Shown here in pieces: positions 27,941 to 37,102 of a DNA stretch of 64,000 nt; the stretch's first letter is position 1; each line of letters opens with the position of its first letter. The position numbers and the translations under genes were made by a program. The notes below the pieces were generated by a model. It saw only the letters and a program-made list of their open reading frames with translations, was not told the DNA's origin and searched no databases. This stretch comes from Alphaproteobacteria bacterium (lineage in GTDB: Bacteria; Pseudomonadota; Alphaproteobacteria; MPNO01), in the NCBI GenBank assembly GCA_963667285.1, contig OY763326.1, positions 879,068 through 943,067 of the forward strand. The letters run 5' to 3'.

Positions 27941-28759
27941 TTGCGCACGGTGAAACGGATGACCGGCGAATTCGAGCGCGAAACCGTCGACCTGCCCACC
28001 GGGCCTGTGACGTATTTCGCAGCCGGGGCGGGGCACGATGTGGTCTATCTCCACCCCGCCGCCGGGATGCGCATTTCCGACCCGCTCCGTCGCCTGGCCC
28101 GACGATTTCGCGTCTGGGCGCCGGTCGTGCCGGGTTTCGACGACACCTTGGCGCACGAAACGGTCGATACGATGCCGGCGCTCGCCGATCTGCTCGCGGC
28201 GTTCATCGCAGCCGGGCCCGGCCGCGCGGTCGATGTCGTGGGCAGCTCGCTGGGCGGCTGGCTCGGCGCCTGGCTCGCGGTTCGCCACCCGGATCTGGTG
28301 GAACATCTCGTGCTCGCGGCGCCCGCCGGATTCAGACCGGTCGACGCGCCGCCGCTCAGCTTCGATCCCGACATCATGCGCGCCCAGCTCTACGCCCATC
28401 CCGAACGGGTGCCGCCCGACGACAAGCCGCCGGAGATGCGCGAGGCCAATGCCAGGGCGGTCGCCCGATACGGGCTGGGCAACTCCCACGACGCCGGACT
28501 CCAGGCGAAGGTAGCGGCGATCGCCTGCCAGACCCTGATCCTCCACGGTACGCTCGACGTGCGGGTTCCGGCGTCGGGCGTGCAGATGCTCAAGGAGCGA
28601 ATTCCCAATTCGCAGCTGGTCTATGTCTACGACGCCGCCCACAGCCTGGAGCTCGACCAGCCCGGGCGCGTGGGCGCCCTGATCGAGGATTTCCTCGTCA
28701 GGGGCGAGGCCTTCATCGTCAACCAGGCGCTGCCCGAAGCGGTGGAGACCGTTCCATGA
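27941..28759 (+). CDS. Alpha/beta-fold hydrolase
   Basis: GSSLGGW nucleophile elbow. HGTLD and AAHSLE catalytic-triad context. 4-bp overlap with the downstream LLM gene. Confidence 0.75.
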   Translation: MRTVKRMTGEFERETVDLPTGPVTYFAAGAGHDVVYLHPAAGMRISDPLRRLARRFRVWAPVVPGFDDTLAHETVDTMPALADLLAAFIAAGPGRAVDVVGSSLGGWLGAWLAVRHPDLVEHLVLAAPAGFRPVDAPPLSFDPDIMRAQLYAHPERVPPDDKPPEMREANARAVARYGLGNSHDAGLQAKVAAIACQTLILHGTLDVRVPASGVQMLKERIPNSQLVYVYDAAHSLELDQPGRVGALIEDFLVRGEAFIVNQALPEAVETVP

Positions 28760-29907
28760 GATTCTCGCAAACCCACCACATGCCCTATACGGATATCGAC
28801 GAGGCCGGGCTGGGTTGGCCGATCTCGAACAGCCGGTTCGATTCCGGGCGCGCGATCGAAATGTTCCGCGCCTACACCCACGCCAAGGTGTATGCCGAAG
28901 AGTGCGGGTTCGACGCGATCGGCTGCAACGAGCACCACATGAGCCCGTTCGGCATGATGCCGAACCCCAACCTGATCGCCGCCGCGGTGACGGAACGCAC
29001 GTCGAGCGCCGAGATCCAGCTCAGCGGCAACATCGTGCCCCTCACCAACCCGATCCGGATCGCCGAAGAATACGCGATGATCGACGTGATGAGCGGCGGA
29101 CGGCTGATGGCGGGCTTCATGCGCGGCATCCCGCACGAATATGTCGCCTACAACGTCGCGCCGGACGAATCCTGGAGCCGCATGCGCGAAGCCGTGCAGC
29201 TGATCCTCAAGGCCTGGACCGAGCCGGAGCCGTTCGGCTGGGAAGGCGAGCATTACCGCTTCCGCGCCGTCTCGATCTGGCCCAAGCCGGTCCAGCGGCC
29301 GCACCCGCCGATCCTGATGTCGGGTGGCAGCCCGACATCGGCGCGCTTCGCCGCCGAACACCGGGCGATCATGGGCATCCTGCGCGTGCTCAATTTCGAC
29401 CAGGCGCTGCAGCTCATCGACATCTACAGGCAGAAGGCCCGCGAGGACGGGTGGGAGCCCGGCCCCGACCGGTTCATGGTCGGCGTGCCGACGGCGGTCG
29501 CCGAGACCGTCGAGGAGGCGAAGCGGGCGCTGCATGACGGCACCCAGTATTTCTTCGATGTCCTGCAAGGCGGCATAAACCGGGCCCAGCTCCTGGTGCT
29601 CCAGAAGACGCGCTTCAACGCCGACGACACCCTGGTGCGCCCGGTCGACAAGGACCAGCGGATGAAGGCGACGCCGGTCGAGCAGCGCATCGAGAACGGC
29701 CAGGTGCTCTGCGGCACGCCCGACATGGTGGTCGACCAGATCGAGCGCATGCACGCCGCGCTGAATCACGGGCACATGAATCTGATCGTCAAGGTCGGCA
29801 ATATGCCGGACGATTTCGTCCTTCGGAGCATGAAGCTGCTCGGCGACCATGTGTTCCCGGAGGTCAAGCATCTCGGCCGGGCGACCGAAACCGTCGCCGC
29901 CGAGTAG
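28756..29907 (+). CDS. Luciferase-like (LLM-class) flavin-dependent monooxygenase/oxidoreductase
   Basis: 383 aa TIM-barrel LLM pattern (AEECGFDAIGCNEHH..., LSGGRLMAGF). Translationally coupled to the upstream hydrolase. Confidence 0.8.
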   Translation: MRFSQTHHMPYTDIDEAGLGWPISNSRFDSGRAIEMFRAYTHAKVYAEECGFDAIGCNEHHMSPFGMMPNPNLIAAAVTERTSSAEIQLSGNIVPLTNPIRIAEEYAMIDVMSGGRLMAGFMRGIPHEYVAYNVAPDESWSRMREAVQLILKAWTEPEPFGWEGEHYRFRAVSIWPKPVQRPHPPILMSGGSPTSARFAAEHRAIMGILRVLNFDQALQLIDIYRQKAREDGWEPGPDRFMVGVPTAVAETVEEAKRALHDGTQYFFDVLQGGINRAQLLVLQKTRFNADDTLVRPVDKDQRMKATPVEQRIENGQVLCGTPDMVVDQIERMHAALNHGHMNLIVKVGNMPDDFVLRSMKLLGDHVFPEVKHLGRATETVAAE

Positions 29908-29936
29908 CCCGGCCCGGGGCACGCAGGAGCGAATCG

Positions 29937-30293
29937 ATGCCGAGCGTCACCGTCGTCAACCGGGGCAACCGGTCTTTCGAGGTCAGGCAGGGCCGCGCGC
30001 TGCTGACCGGCGCGCGCGAAGCCGGGCTGCCCTGGCGCTGGTATTGCGGCGGCGAGGCGCTCTGCGGAACCTGCTGCATGCTGGTGGTCGACGGCGCGCT
30101 CGACGAGCCCAACGAGATCGAGCGCTATTTCATCGAGGGCTGGGGCTACCATCCCGGCTTTCGCCTCGCCTGTCAGGCGCGTGTCGTCGAGCCGGTCGCG
30201 GTAATATCCTGCGCCGAGGAAGGCTATGACAGGGATGCGGTGCTCGCCGCCTACGACGCGGCGGTGGAGCAGAGAAAAGGGGATCGACCATGA
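29937..30293 (+). CDS. [2Fe-2S] ferredoxin
   Basis: 118 aa with a CGGEALCGTCC ... C cysteine cluster typical of 2Fe-2S ferredoxins. Overlaps the next gene by 4 bp. Confidence 0.7.
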   Translation: MPSVTVVNRGNRSFEVRQGRALLTGAREAGLPWRWYCGGEALCGTCCMLVVDGALDEPNEIERYFIEGWGYHPGFRLACQARVVEPVAVISCAEEGYDRDAVLAAYDAAVEQRKGDRP

Positions 30294-30943
30294 CGGAGAC
30301 CGACACCGCATCCGCGCTGACACCCGAATCCTTCGCCCTGATGAAGGACCTGGTCGGCAAGGAAGCGGCGCTGCTGACGATGGACCTGATGAGCGAGGAA
30401 TCGAAGCTCCGCTACCGCAGCTTCTACCCCTGCGGCGACATGCTGATCGGGCTGCGCTATGCCGAGCCGCGACCCGACGGCAAGGGGTTCAAGCCCGGCC
30501 GGTCGCTAAAGATCATGAACGGCAGGATCGTCTCCGAGCCGCGCCGGGACGTCCAGTTCACCCCGCCGCTGGTGCCGCATCATGCCGAGCATGTCTACGG
30601 CTTCTGGCACATCAACGACCAGCAGGAGATGGTCATGAACCTGAAGCTCGGCGACGACCGCCGGCTGACGGTGCTGATCGAGGGCTATCCCGAGCGCGGG
30701 CGGATCGACCGCTTCGCCTGGTTCTGCCTCGAATGCCTGAACCCGCTCTACATGGTCGAGGTGGAGACCGCCAGGGTCGGGCTGGGCGGCTACTACGCCG
30801 TCCAGGAGGACGGGTTCGCGGCGTTCAACGGCGACGAAAAGCTGCGGACATGCGCGTCATGCGGCGCCGTCCACCCGGTCGCCTATTCGATCTTTCCGTG
30901 GAACGATACGCCGGAAGAACGCGCGGCCCGCGAGCTCTGGTAG
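30290..30943 (+). CDS. Cupin protein with C-terminal Cys4 rubredoxin-like ribbon, 3-hydroxyanthranilate-3,4-dioxygenase (HAAO)-like
   Basis: WFCLECLNPLY...(about 35 aa)...RTCASCGAVHPV: two CxxC pairs spaced as in bacterial HAAO (W-Y-C-x2-C...R-C-x2-C-G-x-H). Cupin core upstream. One of three paralogs in the window. Confidence 0.5.
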   Translation: MTETDTASALTPESFALMKDLVGKEAALLTMDLMSEESKLRYRSFYPCGDMLIGLRYAEPRPDGKGFKPGRSLKIMNGRIVSEPRRDVQFTPPLVPHHAEHVYGFWHINDQQEMVMNLKLGDDRRLTVLIEGYPERGRIDRFAWFCLECLNPLYMVEVETARVGLGGYYAVQEDGFAAFNGDEKLRTCASCGAVHPVAYSIFPWNDTPEERAARELW

Positions 30944-30983
30944 GGTCGCCCGGCGGCCCGAGAACAAGGACAGGGAGAAGGAC

Positions 30984-32009
30984 ATGAGACTGCTGAAGAC
31001 CCGGCATCCGGCGGCCGTGCTCATCGCGGCGGGCGCGATTGCCCTCGCCGGCGGGACGCAGACCGCCCAGGCCCAGCTGTCGCTCGCCAAGGTCAAGGTC
31101 GCGATGCCGTTGACCGTCCTGGTCCAGCGCGCGGCGCTCGAAGGCGCGATCGCGTCCGGCGCGTTCAAGCGCGAGGGTCTCGCGGTCGAGGTCATCTCAT
31201 TCCGCTCCTGGACGGAGCCGGTGCAGTCGCTCGCCGCGGACGCGGCGCAGTTCGCGCTCGGCGGCGGAAGCTTCATCCGTGCCTCGCTCGGCGGCAAGGC
31301 GCCGGTGCGCGCCATCGCGCTGGTCTCCAGCCGCTACCCCTACGCCTTCTGGGTCAAGAAATCGAGCGGCATCAAGTCGTTCGAGGACCTCCGGGGCAAG
31401 ACGATCCAGACCGTGCGGGCGGGCGAGACGCTCGACAACGTCTGGCAGCAGATCCTGGCGACCGCCGGCCTCGGGATCACCGACGTCAAGCGGTTCGAAT
31501 CCTTCAACGGCTTCGGCTCGCTGATGAGCGGCAACGCCGATATCGCCAATATCTCCAGCAACTGGATCGGAAAGTCCCGAAAGGCCGGGCTGGTTCTCCT
31601 GCTGGACTACAACGACTGGCGCAAGGAGCAGGGGCTGCCGACGAACGAGGCCCAGAATCTCGGCTGGGGCACGTCGCTGAAGATGCTCAAGCAGCACCCG
31701 GATACCGTGCGCGCCTTCCTCCGCGCGCTCGCCAGGGCGACCGTCCGGCTGCGCGAGGACCGCGACTTCGCCGTCTCGGTGCTCACCGCCAAGCCCTATT
31801 CCCAGACCGAGGAAACGGCGAAGGAGGTGTGGGAGATGCACCGCAACGCGTGGATGCTCCGCCTCGACCCGTCCAAGGGCGACTATTCGTTCGACGCCGC
31901 GATGTCGGAAGTCGCGCTGCGGCGGCCGAAAGGGTCGATCGACGTGCGTCAGGCGAGCGCGCTGGAGCCGATCGCCGAGGTGTTGAAGGAGCTGAAGATC
32001 TCCTTCTGA
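30984..32009 (+). CDS. ABC transporter substrate-binding protein, NitT/TauT (SsuA/NMT1-like) family
   Basis: Signal peptide MRLLKTRHPAAVLIAAGAIALAGGTQTAQA. NMT1/SsuA-type periplasmic-binding fold by composition and length (341 aa). Confidence 0.8.
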   Translation: MRLLKTRHPAAVLIAAGAIALAGGTQTAQAQLSLAKVKVAMPLTVLVQRAALEGAIASGAFKREGLAVEVISFRSWTEPVQSLAADAAQFALGGGSFIRASLGGKAPVRAIALVSSRYPYAFWVKKSSGIKSFEDLRGKTIQTVRAGETLDNVWQQILATAGLGITDVKRFESFNGFGSLMSGNADIANISSNWIGKSRKAGLVLLLDYNDWRKEQGLPTNEAQNLGWGTSLKMLKQHPDTVRAFLRALARATVRLREDRDFAVSVLTAKPYSQTEETAKEVWEMHRNAWMLRLDPSKGDYSFDAAMSEVALRRPKGSIDVRQASALEPIAEVLKELKISF

Positions 32010-32029
32010 CCGGCGGCGGTGCCGGGAGC

Positions 32030-32794
32030 ATGGAGGAGCCGAGCCTCGAGGTGATCGGGGTCACCAAGTCGTTCCCGACCGCACAGGGCCGGCTCCAGGT
32101 GCTCGATGGGATCGACATGACCCAGGCCCGCGGCGAGGTGGTCTCCATCGTCGGCGCGAGCGGATCGGGCAAGACCACATTCCTCAGGCTCGTCGCCGGG
32201 CTCGATACGCCTGACAGCGGCGCGCTCAGGCTCGACGGGCGGGAGATCGACGGACCGACTCCCGAACGGTCGCTGATCTTCCAGCAGTTCGGCCTGATGC
32301 CGTGGCTCAGCGTGCTGGAGAACGTCCTGTTCGGGCTGGCGACGAGCGGCCTCTCGAAGACCGAGCAGCGCGACCGCGCCAACGACGTCATCGGGCGCGT
32401 GGGACTGCAGGGGTTCGAGGACTTCCACCCCAAGGCGCTGTCCGGCGGCATGCAGCAGAGGGTCGGGATCGCGCGGGCGCTCGCGGTCGAACCGCGGCTC
32501 CTGCTGTGCGACGAGCCCTTCGCATCGGTCGACGCGATGACCCGCCAGACCATGCAGACCGACCTTCTCGACATCGTGACCCAGCACAGGGCGACCGTGC
32601 TGCTGGTGACCCACGACATCGAGGAGGCGCTGTTCCTCGGCGACCGGGTGCTGGTGTTCTCGTCGCGCCCGGCTCGGGTGATCGAGGAGATCGACGTGGC
32701 GATCGCCAAGCCGCGCGAGCATTCGGTCAGAATGTCGGCCGCGTTCCAGGAACAAAGGGCGATGCTTTGGGAACTCCTCCAGGCAGCCGCCTAG
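32030..32794 (+). CDS. ABC transporter ATP-binding protein (NitT/TauT family)
   Basis: Walker A GASGSGKTT. Signature LSGGMQQRVGIARAL. Walker B LLLCDEPFASVD. The start coordinate is good to plus or minus 1-2 nt. Confidence 0.85.
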   Translation: MEEPSLEVIGVTKSFPTAQGRLQVLDGIDMTQARGEVVSIVGASGSGKTTFLRLVAGLDTPDSGALRLDGREIDGPTPERSLIFQQFGLMPWLSVLENVLFGLATSGLSKTEQRDRANDVIGRVGLQGFEDFHPKALSGGMQQRVGIARALAVEPRLLLCDEPFASVDAMTRQTMQTDLLDIVTQHRATVLLVTHDIEEALFLGDRVLVFSSRPARVIEEIDVAIAKPREHSVRMSAAFQEQRAMLWELLQAAA

Positions 32795-32814
32795 AGAACG
32801 GCGAACCCGCCCGG

Positions 32815-33570
32815 TTGCGCGCGCTTGCGGCGCGGCCGGGCACGCTCTCGCTGCTCATCCTCCTGGCCATCCTCGCCGGCTGGGAGGCCGGCGGGAGGAC
32901 CGGCGTGCTCGACACGTTTTTCTTCAGCACCCCCGGTGCGATCGCGGTCAAGGCCTGGGCGATGCTGATCGACGGCAACCTCCTGTTCCATAGCCTGCGC
33001 ACGGGCTACGCCTATGTCGCCGGGGTGGTCGCGGCGATCGCGGTGGGGGCGGTGGCGGGGCTCGCCATGGGCTGGTGGCGGCGCTTCGGCGATGTGGTCG
33101 ATCCCTACGTCGTCTTCTTCTCGGCGATGCCGCGCATCGCCCTGTTCCCGGTCATCATCCTGATTTTCGGCATCGGCGACCTGTCGCGGACGATCATCGT
33201 CTTCCTCGGCGTGGTCTTTCCGGTCCTGTTCAACGCCTATATCGGCGCCAAGCAGACGCCGCGGCTCCTGATCGATGTGGGACGGGTTTTCGGCTACTCG
33301 CACAACCGGCTGTTTACCGCCGTGGTCCTGCCGGCGGCGCTGCCCTATCTGATCGCGGGGTTCCGCATCGGGGTGACGCTCGGGATCATCATGATCGTGG
33401 TCGCCGAGTTCCTCGCCGCGTCGGCCGGGCTCGGGCAGCAGATCGCGGTCACCGCGCAGAATTACCAGATCGCCGAGATGTGGGCCTGGGTGCTCTACAC
33501 CTCGTTCTACGCCCTGCTGATCGTCCGCGGCATGGACCGCTTCGAGCGCTGGGCGATGCGCTGGGCCTGA
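32815..33570 (+). CDS. ABC transporter permease (NitT/TauT family)
   Basis: Six-TM BPD-type permease. The start was guessed at a TTG just after the ATPase stop. The upstream part of the track ORF is an artefact. Confidence 0.7.
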   Translation: MRALAARPGTLSLLILLAILAGWEAGGRTGVLDTFFFSTPGAIAVKAWAMLIDGNLLFHSLRTGYAYVAGVVAAIAVGAVAGLAMGWWRRFGDVVDPYVVFFSAMPRIALFPVIILIFGIGDLSRTIIVFLGVVFPVLFNAYIGAKQTPRLLIDVGRVFGYSHNRLFTAVVLPAALPYLIAGFRIGVTLGIIMIVVAEFLAASAGLGQQIAVTAQNYQIAEMWAWVLYTSFYALLIVRGMDRFERWAMRWA

Positions 33571-33581
33571 GGAGGGTCGTC

Positions 33582-34730
33582 ATGAGCGAACAAATCGTCT
33601 CCATCGACGTGCGTCCGGCGGAGTTCGGGGACCGGAGCCCGCGCCAGGGGGTGCAGGATTTGGTGAGACCGCGTATCTACGGCCGGCTCGCCGAGGAAGG
33701 CTGCGGCAAGGACGTCGCCCATCTCGTCCTCCACCCCGCCGTCAACTTCATGCACCACTACCTGATCGAGCCGATGCAGGCGCGCGGGCGGGCGATCCTC
33801 GGGCTCAACACGCGCTACGCGAACAACGACTCGACCCTGCTGGTCGAGCGCGTCATCCAGGATATCGGCGCGGGCGTAAAGTTCCTGCGCGACCGGGGCT
33901 ACCGGCGGATCGTCTATATCGGCAACTCGGGCGGCGGTTCGGTCGGCACGCTCTACCAGGCGCAGGCGGAACGGCTCACGATCGACACCACGCCGGACGG
34001 GCTTGCCATCGACCTCTACCCGGAGGACCTGCCGCCGGTCGACGCGATCGTGCTCGCGTCCTGCCATATCGGACGGGGCCGGCATTTCGGCATGTCGCTC
34101 GATCCTTCGGTGCTCGACGAGCGCGAGCTCACCCGTACCGATCCCGAGCTCGACATGTTCAACCCCGCCAACGGCCCGCCTTACGACCGCGCTTGGCTCG
34201 AGCGCTACGCCGAGGCGCAATCGGCGCGGCACCGGCGGATCACCGGCTGGGTCCTCGGGCGGCTGCGCGAGATCGACGCGATGCCGCAAGAGGCCGGGCT
34301 CGCCGACGAGCCGTTCCTGATCCACCGCACCTACGCCCGGCCGCAGATCCTCGATCCGACGATCGACCCCAACGACAGGCCCGTCGCGTCCTCGATATGG
34401 GGCGGGGCCAGGGCGACCAACTACGCCGCCACGGTTCTCGGGCGGTTCACCACGCTCCGGTCCTATCTCAGCCAGTGGAGCCTGCTCGGCCGCGCGGCGG
34501 ACGGCCCGGCGCGTCTCGCCGAAACCTCGGTGCCGGCGATCAACATCCGGTTCTCCGCCGACGAGGGCACCTATCCGAGCCTGTCGCAGGAATATTCCGA
34601 CGCCGCGGACGGACGCTGCGAGGATTACACCCTCGTCGGCGCGCGGCACTTCCCCTACAAGCAGGAGAACGGCCCGGCGCTGATTTCCGAGCTCGCCGAC
34701 GTGATCGCCGAATGGGGCGACCAGGGCTGA
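33582..34730 (+). CDS. Alpha/beta-hydrolase-fold protein with G-N-S-G-G nucleophile elbow (unknown specificity)
   Basis: IVYIGNSGGGSVGTLYQ (Ser nucleophile) and a C-terminal GARHFPY His. 382 aa. About 60% identical by eye to the minus-strand gene at 35385-36527. Confidence 0.6.
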   Translation: MSEQIVSIDVRPAEFGDRSPRQGVQDLVRPRIYGRLAEEGCGKDVAHLVLHPAVNFMHHYLIEPMQARGRAILGLNTRYANNDSTLLVERVIQDIGAGVKFLRDRGYRRIVYIGNSGGGSVGTLYQAQAERLTIDTTPDGLAIDLYPEDLPPVDAIVLASCHIGRGRHFGMSLDPSVLDERELTRTDPELDMFNPANGPPYDRAWLERYAEAQSARHRRITGWVLGRLREIDAMPQEAGLADEPFLIHRTYARPQILDPTIDPNDRPVASSIWGGARATNYAATVLGRFTTLRSYLSQWSLLGRAADGPARLAETSVPAINIRFSADEGTYPSLSQEYSDAADGRCEDYTLVGARHFPYKQENGPALISELADVIAEWGDQG

Positions 34731-34750
34731 CCTGCGCCGGAGGCGAACCA

Positions 34751-35377
34751 ATGAACATTCTGGAAGACGTGACACTCCCCGGCCGGCAAGGCGGCGCCTG
34801 GATCGTGCGGAAGGGACAGCATGTTCGGGTCATCGACGTCGAAGGCGGCCCGATCGGCGATTTCGTCTGCTTCAACGCCGACGACCTCACCGAGCGGTTC
34901 AGCCAGACGCGCACCCGGACGAACCACGGCAAGTTTCTCCTGTCCGAGGGAGACCATCTCTACTCCCGCGCAAACAACCCGATGCTGACGATCGTGGAGG
35001 ACAGCTACGGCATCCACGACCTGCAATACGGAATGTGCTCGGCCTGGGTCTACGAGAATTTCAGGAACGACGAGTATCGCGGCTTCGCGGCGGACGCGTT
35101 GACACTGGGCGGACCGCTCGGAATGCCGACTTTCGGCTGCTACGAAGTGCTGCAGCGGGCGCTCGCGGACTGGCCCATCGAGCCGCACGACATTCCGGAC
35201 CCGATCAACCTGTTCCAGACCGTCGACTACGATGCGGACAGGGGAACCTTCACCCTTGTCGACGGGCGCAGCAAGCCGGGCGATTACATCGACTTCGTCG
35301 CCCGCATGGACACGCTGTGCGCCCTCAGCGCCTGCCCGTCGATGGGGCGGGCGCTCCGCGTCCAGATCCACGAATAG
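34751..35377 (+). CDS. DUF1989 family protein (urea-carboxylase-associated protein family)
   Basis: 208 aa. Conserved GIHDLQYGMCSAWVYEN and FVARMDTLCALSACP blocks of DUF1989. Intact copy of the remnant at 16507-16900. Confidence 0.7.
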   Translation: MNILEDVTLPGRQGGAWIVRKGQHVRVIDVEGGPIGDFVCFNADDLTERFSQTRTRTNHGKFLLSEGDHLYSRANNPMLTIVEDSYGIHDLQYGMCSAWVYENFRNDEYRGFAADALTLGGPLGMPTFGCYEVLQRALADWPIEPHDIPDPINLFQTVDYDADRGTFTLVDGRSKPGDYIDFVARMDTLCALSACPSMGRALRVQIHE

Positions 35378-35384
35378 GAACGGA

Positions 35385-36527
35385 TCAGGCGGACCACCCG
35401 GCAAGCAAGTCGGCGAGCTCGGCGATCAGCTCGTCCCCGTCCGGCTGGGTGAAGGGGAAGTGCATCGCGCCCTTGAGTAGATAGGTCTCGCAGCGCGATC
35501 CCACGGCCTCGGTGTACCGGCCGGTCTCCGAAGGAAAACAGCCCTCGTCGGCCGAGTACTCGACATTCAGCACCGGCACCGAGGTTTCCGCCAGGCGCGC
35601 CGGGCCATCGGCGACGCTGAGCGGGCTCCACTGGCTGAGATAGGACCGGAGCGTGGTGAAGCGGCCGAACACGCCGGCGGAGTAGTTCACCGCCCGCGCC
35701 TTGCCGAAGATCGTCGCATCGCCCGCCGGCCGGTCGTTGGGATCGATCGAGCGGTCGAGCGTGGCCGGCTTCGCGCAAGTACGGTGGATGACGAAGCCTT
35801 GGTCGTCGGCACGGGGATGGGCCTCCAGCTGACGCAGCCGCGCCAGTACCCACCCGGTGATCCGGTCGTGCCGCGCGGCCTGTGCCGCCTCGTAGCGCGC
35901 GAGCCAGTCGCGATCGTAGGGCGGCCCGTTGTCGGGATCGTACATGTCGAGTGCCGGGTCGGCCGAAAGCGCATCCGCCTCGTCGATCACCGACGGATCG
36001 AGCGCCGAGCGGAACTGCTGGTGGCGCCCCGGATGGGCGCTCAGCAGGACCACCGCGTCCGCCGGTGGGAGGTCTTCGGGTACGATGTCGAAGGGCCGGC
36101 CGTCGGGCGTCGTCTCGATGGTGAGGGTCTCGGCCTGCGCCTGATAGAGCGACATCACCGGACCGCCGCCCGAGTTGCCCACCAGAACGACGCGCCGGTA
36201 ACCGCGCTCCCGCAGCCAGCGTACGCCTCCGCCGACATCCTGGATCAGCCGCTCCATCAGCAGCGCGCTGTCGTTGTGGAGATGGCGGCTGGTGAGGGTG
36301 AGCACGGCGCGGCCGCGCGCGGCCAGCGGCGCCTGGGCGTAGTGGTGCAAGAAGCTCACCGCCGGGTGCATGAAGAGGAACGCGACATTCTTGCCGCAGC
36401 CCGCATCGGCGATCTTGCCGAGGATTCGGGGGCGCACCCGGTCGGCGATCCCCTGCCCGACGGGCGGGGTATTGCTCGGCCGCAGGTCTATCGAGACGAG
36501 CTCGCCGCGCTCGGCGGGGTGGGTCAT
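35385..36527 (-). CDS. Alpha/beta-hydrolase-fold protein with G-N-S-G-G elbow (paralog of 33582-34730)
   Basis: VVLVGNSGGGPVMSLYQ and KGAMHFPF. Collinear similarity to its paralog over the full length. Start ATG overlaps the stop of the upstream HAAO-like gene (ATGA). Confidence 0.6.
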   Translation of the reverse strand: MTHPAERGELVSIDLRPSNTPPVGQGIADRVRPRILGKIADAGCGKNVAFLFMHPAVSFLHHYAQAPLAARGRAVLTLTSRHLHNDSALLMERLIQDVGGGVRWLRERGYRRVVLVGNSGGGPVMSLYQAQAETLTIETTPDGRPFDIVPEDLPPADAVVLLSAHPGRHQQFRSALDPSVIDEADALSADPALDMYDPDNGPPYDRDWLARYEAAQAARHDRITGWVLARLRQLEAHPRADDQGFVIHRTCAKPATLDRSIDPNDRPAGDATIFGKARAVNYSAGVFGRFTTLRSYLSQWSPLSVADGPARLAETSVPVLNVEYSADEGCFPSETGRYTEAVGSRCETYLLKGAMHFPFTQPDGDELIAELADLLAGWSA

Positions 36528-37087
36528 GCGCCCCTGGCCATGTCCTCGCGCAGCTCGGCCGCCACCGCCCCCCATCCATAGGGAGCGAGATCGATCTCGT
36601 CATGCGTCCGGCCGCAGGACGGGCAGGTCCGGCGCGCCGCGTCGGCGTTGAACGCGCGGCAGGCGCGGAGATAGCCCTCCTGCGGGATCTCCTCCGCCGT
36701 GTCCCAGACATCGCGGGCGATCTCCGCGCCGCAGCCCTCGCAATACCAGGCGACCGCCTCGAGGCCGGGGTGCTCGGCCTTGTAGCGAAGCTGGACGCAT
36801 TCGCCGTCGGGGACGATGCGATGCGGCGTGCCGGAGGGCACGTAGACGAAATCGCCCGGAACCACCGGGTGGAAACGGACCGGGCCGTCGGGGAATTCGA
36901 CCCGGCCCTCGCCCGACATGTTGACCAGCACCGTGTCGTGCTCGCAGATCAGGAAGAAGGGCTGGGGCGTGTCGTTGCGGCTGAGGCAGATCTGCGGGTC
37001 CACGCCCGCCGGCAGCATGGGGTACTCGTCGTAAGGGCCGCGCTTCGCGGCCTCGTCGAAGGCGGCGAAGCGCTGCTTGCGTGCCAT
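36524..37087 (-). CDS. HAAO-like cupin dioxygenase with C-terminal Cys4 ribbon
   Basis: VAWYCEGCGAEIARDVWD...ARRTCPSCGRTHDE closely mirrors the bacterial 3-hydroxyanthranilate 3,4-dioxygenase C-terminus (FEWYCDACG...RRCPHCG.VHP). Cupin block PFFLICEHDTV...VPSGTPHRIVP. 187 aa, matching HAAO size. Confidence 0.55.
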   Translation of the reverse strand: MARKQRFAAFDEAAKRGPYDEYPMLPAGVDPQICLSRNDTPQPFFLICEHDTVLVNMSGEGRVEFPDGPVRFHPVVPGDFVYVPSGTPHRIVPDGECVQLRYKAEHPGLEAVAWYCEGCGAEIARDVWDTAEEIPQEGYLRACRAFNADAARRTCPSCGRTHDEIDLAPYGWGAVAAELREDMARGA

Positions 37088-37102
37088 TGCGGGCTCCTCC
37101 GC

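Noticed and set aside
33075-33581. N-terminal 169 codons of the 551-aa ORF 33075-34730
   Set aside because: That portion overlaps the ABC permease gene in another frame. The hydrolase paralog alignment begins at MSEQIVSIDV (33582), matching the MTHPAERGELVSIDL start of the minus-strand copy.
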